From contig CAYYDR010000002.1 of the NCBI GenBank assembly GCA_964470695.1, forward strand, positions 200,401 to 264,400: 64,000 nt of DNA. The letters are read 5' to 3'. This document shows positions 61,508 to 64,000 of this stretch, piece by piece. The stretch's first letter is position 1. Every line of letters starts with the position of its first letter. Made by a program: the position numbers and the translations under genes. Below the pieces are notes generated by a model. The model was not told where the DNA came from, did not search any database, and saw nothing but the letters and a program-made list of their open reading frames with translations. This DNA is from an uncultured Gammaproteobacteria bacterium. GTDB taxonomy: Bacteria > Patescibacteriota > Patescibacteriia > Patescibacteriales > UBA12465.

Positions 61508-63376
61508 ATGATTTTAGAAATAGATAAAAGGGCGGTTTGCATAACGCATGATTATAAAATGGCTGCCATTATTTCTACTTATTTCAACCATGAAAATCGG
61601 TATTTTTCGGTTTTTTATCTTCCGAATGTAAAAAAAGATGGAGATATAGTAAATAAAATATCAGGAGAAATAAATTCAATATTTATATCAAATAGAATTA
61701 TTAAATTAAAACCAGAATTTATAATATTGGCCGGATTAAGTAATTTTCAAAAGTCGCTGTTCAAAAAATTCAAAAATATATTAAGTATTGATAACCTTGA
61801 GGAAATTCATGACAAATTAAAAATTTTTAATAGTTTTGATGGTGATTTATTATGTTCAGAAAAAGATTTGATCAAGGGCTTGTTTGTTGCAAAACAAGAA
61901 AATAAGAGGATTATTATTGACAAATCAGCACCTCCAATTAATATCGTTAATAAAAAGAAAGGGATTATTTCAGTTATTGAAGATCATTTAGATGTCTTTT
62001 CTTTAACATCAATTAATTATATTTCTACTATTAAATCAGATTTGGTGATAATACCGTCAGTTTCTGAAAAACAATTGAGTCAGCTAAAAAAATATTTATT
62101 TAGGCACAAGAGTGAACCAGAAAATATTGAGATAGATTGTCATGTTAAAGTACTAACAAAAAATATAAGTGGAATTAAATTTAATATCTATACTAGAGCA
62201 ATTTTTTTCACTATTGGCGTGCCTTATGGGTATTTGATAAATAATTCTATACCAAATTCTCATGTTTTTAGCCGCCTTGTTGGCTATTTTATTTTTGATA
62301 ATATATTTATTAGTGAATTTCATGACACTTTTTTTTCATTTTTGAATTTTTCTATATTTAAAAATGACGAATCATCAAAAATTATTAAAATATTTAAAAA
62401 ATGTGGTTTTTATACCAAAAACTTATCAGAAGAAGATGGCACATCCACAAGATATAATTTTAAAAATTATGTAGAACATTTCCCGTATGATATTTTGCAT
62501 ATTTGTAGTCACGGAGGAATGTTAAGCGGGAACTTTATTAAAAAAGATTTTTTGGACGATAATGGGAATATGCATAGCTTGGAATATTATGAGGTGGTTG
62601 ATTTTGAAAAAATCGATAGAATTGATAGCAGAGGGGAACCGTTAATTGGCGTGACTAGAAAATTGGTTTATATAAAGTTAGACGGCTACCCTTGGGCAAG
62701 CGATGAATTACATAATGCGAATATTCCAGAATCAGTAATTAAAAAAATTAGAGACGTTTCTTCTATAGATGGGCTAAATGGTGAAGATGTGGTTATCGTA
62801 CCGTTTAAAGGATATATACCGTCGTCTTGTTATGTTAAATGTTTAGATAACATTCATCAGGGTAATTTTCATTATTTAGCTGGTCAAACATCGCCTATAA
62901 TTTTTAATAATTCCTGCCATTCATGGGATTCTTTGGCATATCAGTGGATAGGAAGGGGAGCGCGAGGATATGTAGGTACGCTTTGGGAAGTAGGTGATGA
63001 CGTCGCAAAATATTCAGCAGAAAATTTTTATAGATTTGCTTTAAATAATAATGCAGAGATAGTGTCTTGTGTATTTAATTTAAATAAAAGAATAAAAAAA
63101 GAAAAATATAAAAACATTTATATATATTGGGGCCTGCCTTTAGTAAAAATTGAAAAACCAGCAAAACCCATTATGCTAAAGAGTATAATTAGTGGTGTAT
63201 CGAGAGCATTAATGGAGCATTTAAGAGGTCTCGAATCAATATATAAAGATAAAAGTACAGAAGAAGAAGTCAGAGAAAATAGTTTTGATGTTTTAAAGTT
63301 TATTTTTAATGTTTTAGCATTTGATTTAAAAGTATTAAATTTAAATAAATTAAGACAAATTATTAATAAAAAATAG
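61508..63376 (+). CDS. 622-aa protein: unknown N-terminal ~330 aa + C-terminal CHAT (caspase-like clan CD) protease domain
   Basis: The His block is YDILHICSHGG and the Cys block is SPIIFNNSCHSWD. It also has the CHAT-typical tail GARGYVGTLWEVGDDVAKYSAENFY. Confidence 0.65.
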   Translation: MILEIDKRAVCITHDYKMAAIISTYFNHENRYFSVFYLPNVKKDGDIVNKISGEINSIFISNRIIKLKPEFIILAGLSNFQKSLFKKFKNILSIDNLEEIHDKLKIFNSFDGDLLCSEKDLIKGLFVAKQENKRIIIDKSAPPINIVNKKKGIISVIEDHLDVFSLTSINYISTIKSDLVIIPSVSEKQLSQLKKYLFRHKSEPENIEIDCHVKVLTKNISGIKFNIYTRAIFFTIGVPYGYLINNSIPNSHVFSRLVGYFIFDNIFISEFHDTFFSFLNFSIFKNDESSKIIKIFKKCGFYTKNLSEEDGTSTRYNFKNYVEHFPYDILHICSHGGMLSGNFIKKDFLDDNGNMHSLEYYEVVDFEKIDRIDSRGEPLIGVTRKLVYIKLDGYPWASDELHNANIPESVIKKIRDVSSIDGLNGEDVVIVPFKGYIPSSCYVKCLDNIHQGNFHYLAGQTSPIIFNNSCHSWDSLAYQWIGRGARGYVGTLWEVGDDVAKYSAENFYRFALNNNAEIVSCVFNLNKRIKKEKYKNIYIYWGLPLVKIEKPAKPIMLKSIISGVSRALMEHLRGLESIYKDKSTEEEVRENSFDVLKFIFNVLAFDLKVLNLNKLRQIINKK

Positions 63377-63436
63377 TAATTTATTTTTTTTCTAATTAAT
63401 ATTATTAAATAAATTTCTTTCCAATATAGTACCAAG

Positions 63437-63449
63437 CTCTCCGCAGATT
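63437..63449 (+). repeat. 13-bp direct repeat (att, distal copy)
   Basis: ctctccgcagatt is identical to 59499-59511. Confidence 0.8.
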
Positions 63450-63453
63450 ATAA

Positions 63454-63477
63454 ATAGCCCTTTTTAGGGCTATTTTT
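63454..63477 (+). terminator. Orphan intrinsic terminator (probable original tRNA-Ser(UGA) terminator)
   Basis: ATAGCCC-tttta-GGGCTAT running into T5. No gene ends here. Confidence 0.7.
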
Positions 63478-63505
63478 AATAGGAGTTTATCACTTGGGAG
63501 CGGCA

Positions 63506-63514
63506 TGGTATAAT
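63506..63514 (+). promoter_or_regulatory. Extended -10 promoter; near-leaderless start of ribokinase
   Basis: TGgTATAAT at 63506-63514. The ATG lies 9 nt downstream. Confidence 0.45.
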
Positions 63515-63522
63515 TAAATAAT

Positions 63523-64000
63523 ATGAACAAAGTAATAGTCGCGGGGAGTATTAATCAGGATATCGTCGTTTTTTCTAAAAGTCATCCTAAAATTGGCGAA
63601 ACTATCCTTGGTCTAGATATTAAATATTTCCCTGGTGGCAAGGGGGCGAATCAGGCCGTGGCCTCGGCAAAGTTTGGCGCAAAAACATTAATGTTGGGCA
63701 AGGTCGGTAATGATGTCTTTGGTAGGCAGTTAGTCGCCTTCCTTAATCAGCAAAGTGTTGAAACTAGGGTCTCGGTTGATCGGGCTATGCCTACGGGAAT
63801 AGCCATTATTACGGTAGCGGAAGAAACGGCAAATAATACTATAGTAGTTGTCCCTGGTGCTAATTTTGCTCTAGCAGAAGACAATATTAACAATGTAAAC
63901 TTTGAGAAAGGTGATGTTCTTGTTTCTCAATTTGAAATACCAATAAAAACAATAGTATCTTTTTTTAAAAAAGGCAGAGAGGTGGGGGCAACTAATATCT
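63523..64000 (+). CDS. rbsK: Ribokinase (PfkB family), 3' end beyond the window
   Basis: MNKVIVAGSINQDIVV...YFPGGKGANQAVASAKFG...GNDVFG. The frame is open to the window end and is not in the ORF track. Confidence 0.8.
   Translation, partial: MNKVIVAGSINQDIVVFSKSHPKIGETILGLDIKYFPGGKGANQAVASAKFGAKTLMLGKVGNDVFGRQLVAFLNQQSVETRVSVDRAMPTGIAIITVAEETANNTIVVVPGANFALAEDNINNVNFEKGDVLVSQFEIPIKTIVSFFKKGREVGATNI

Larger units (their letters stand above)
59506..63449. mobile_element. ~3.9-kb minimal island at tRNA-Ser(UGA): serine recombinase + structured spacer + CHAT-domain protein
   Basis: A 13-bp direct repeat spans the tRNA 3' end and trailer. The distal copy is followed by an orphan terminator. The cargo is extremely AT-rich. 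The recombinase is homologous to the one in the first island. Confidence 0.7.

Overview
This is a 64-kb window from a low-GC bacterial genome in which TGA is a stop codon. Promoters look like canonical TTGACA-N17-TATAAT and terminators are hairpin plus T-run. The gene content suggests a small-genome, CPR/Patescibacteria-like organism, but that is inference only. No rRNA genes or CRISPR arrays are present.

Layout:
(1) 1-10.2 kb holds two paralogous cassettes. Each is a giant secreted protein carrying several ALK/LTK-type glycine-rich domains, followed by a small membrane-anchored cupredoxin-like protein. A third cupredoxin-like protein follows and keeps Cu-ligand-like residues.
(2) 10.2-14.0 kb encodes a 1244-aa fusion of a processive GT2 synthase with a clan GH-A-like hydrolase.
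(3) 14.7-26.3 kb is a histidine-themed stretch: hutU, peptidase S51, hisS overlapping hutH, then a series of singly promoted HAD, kinase-like, PRTase-like and LOG-like genes. One of these is preceded by a His-rich leader ORF plus a terminator. An atypical tRNA-His follows.
(4) 27-32.7 kb is core: pgpA, ligA, gatC, gatA and a CxxC-less DsbA-like gene.
(5) 32.7-48.9 kb is an AT-rich island of about 16.2 kb inserted in tRNA-Ser(GGA), bounded by a 19-bp direct repeat of the tRNA 3' end. It carries thiol/sulfur/metal cargo, a large serine recombinase, a ParB-methyltransferase, and a five-gene operon headed by a LexA-like gene: DUF2188, a 1261-aa protein with no NTPase motif, a 4-TM protein and an Rx4H (HEPN-motif) protein. 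This operon is my best candidate for an undescribed defence-type system.
(6) 49-59.4 kb is core or accessory: a PF03773 permease, yhhQ, hydrolases and a PEP-utilising-domain protein.
(7) 59.4-63.4 kb is a second island of about 3.9 kb in tRNA-Ser(UGA), bounded by a 13-bp repeat. It contains only a homologous serine recombinase, a highly structured GC-rich spacer and a CHAT-protease protein.
(8) A 5' partial ribokinase gene runs off the right edge.

All functional calls come from motifs read by eye. No database search was possible.
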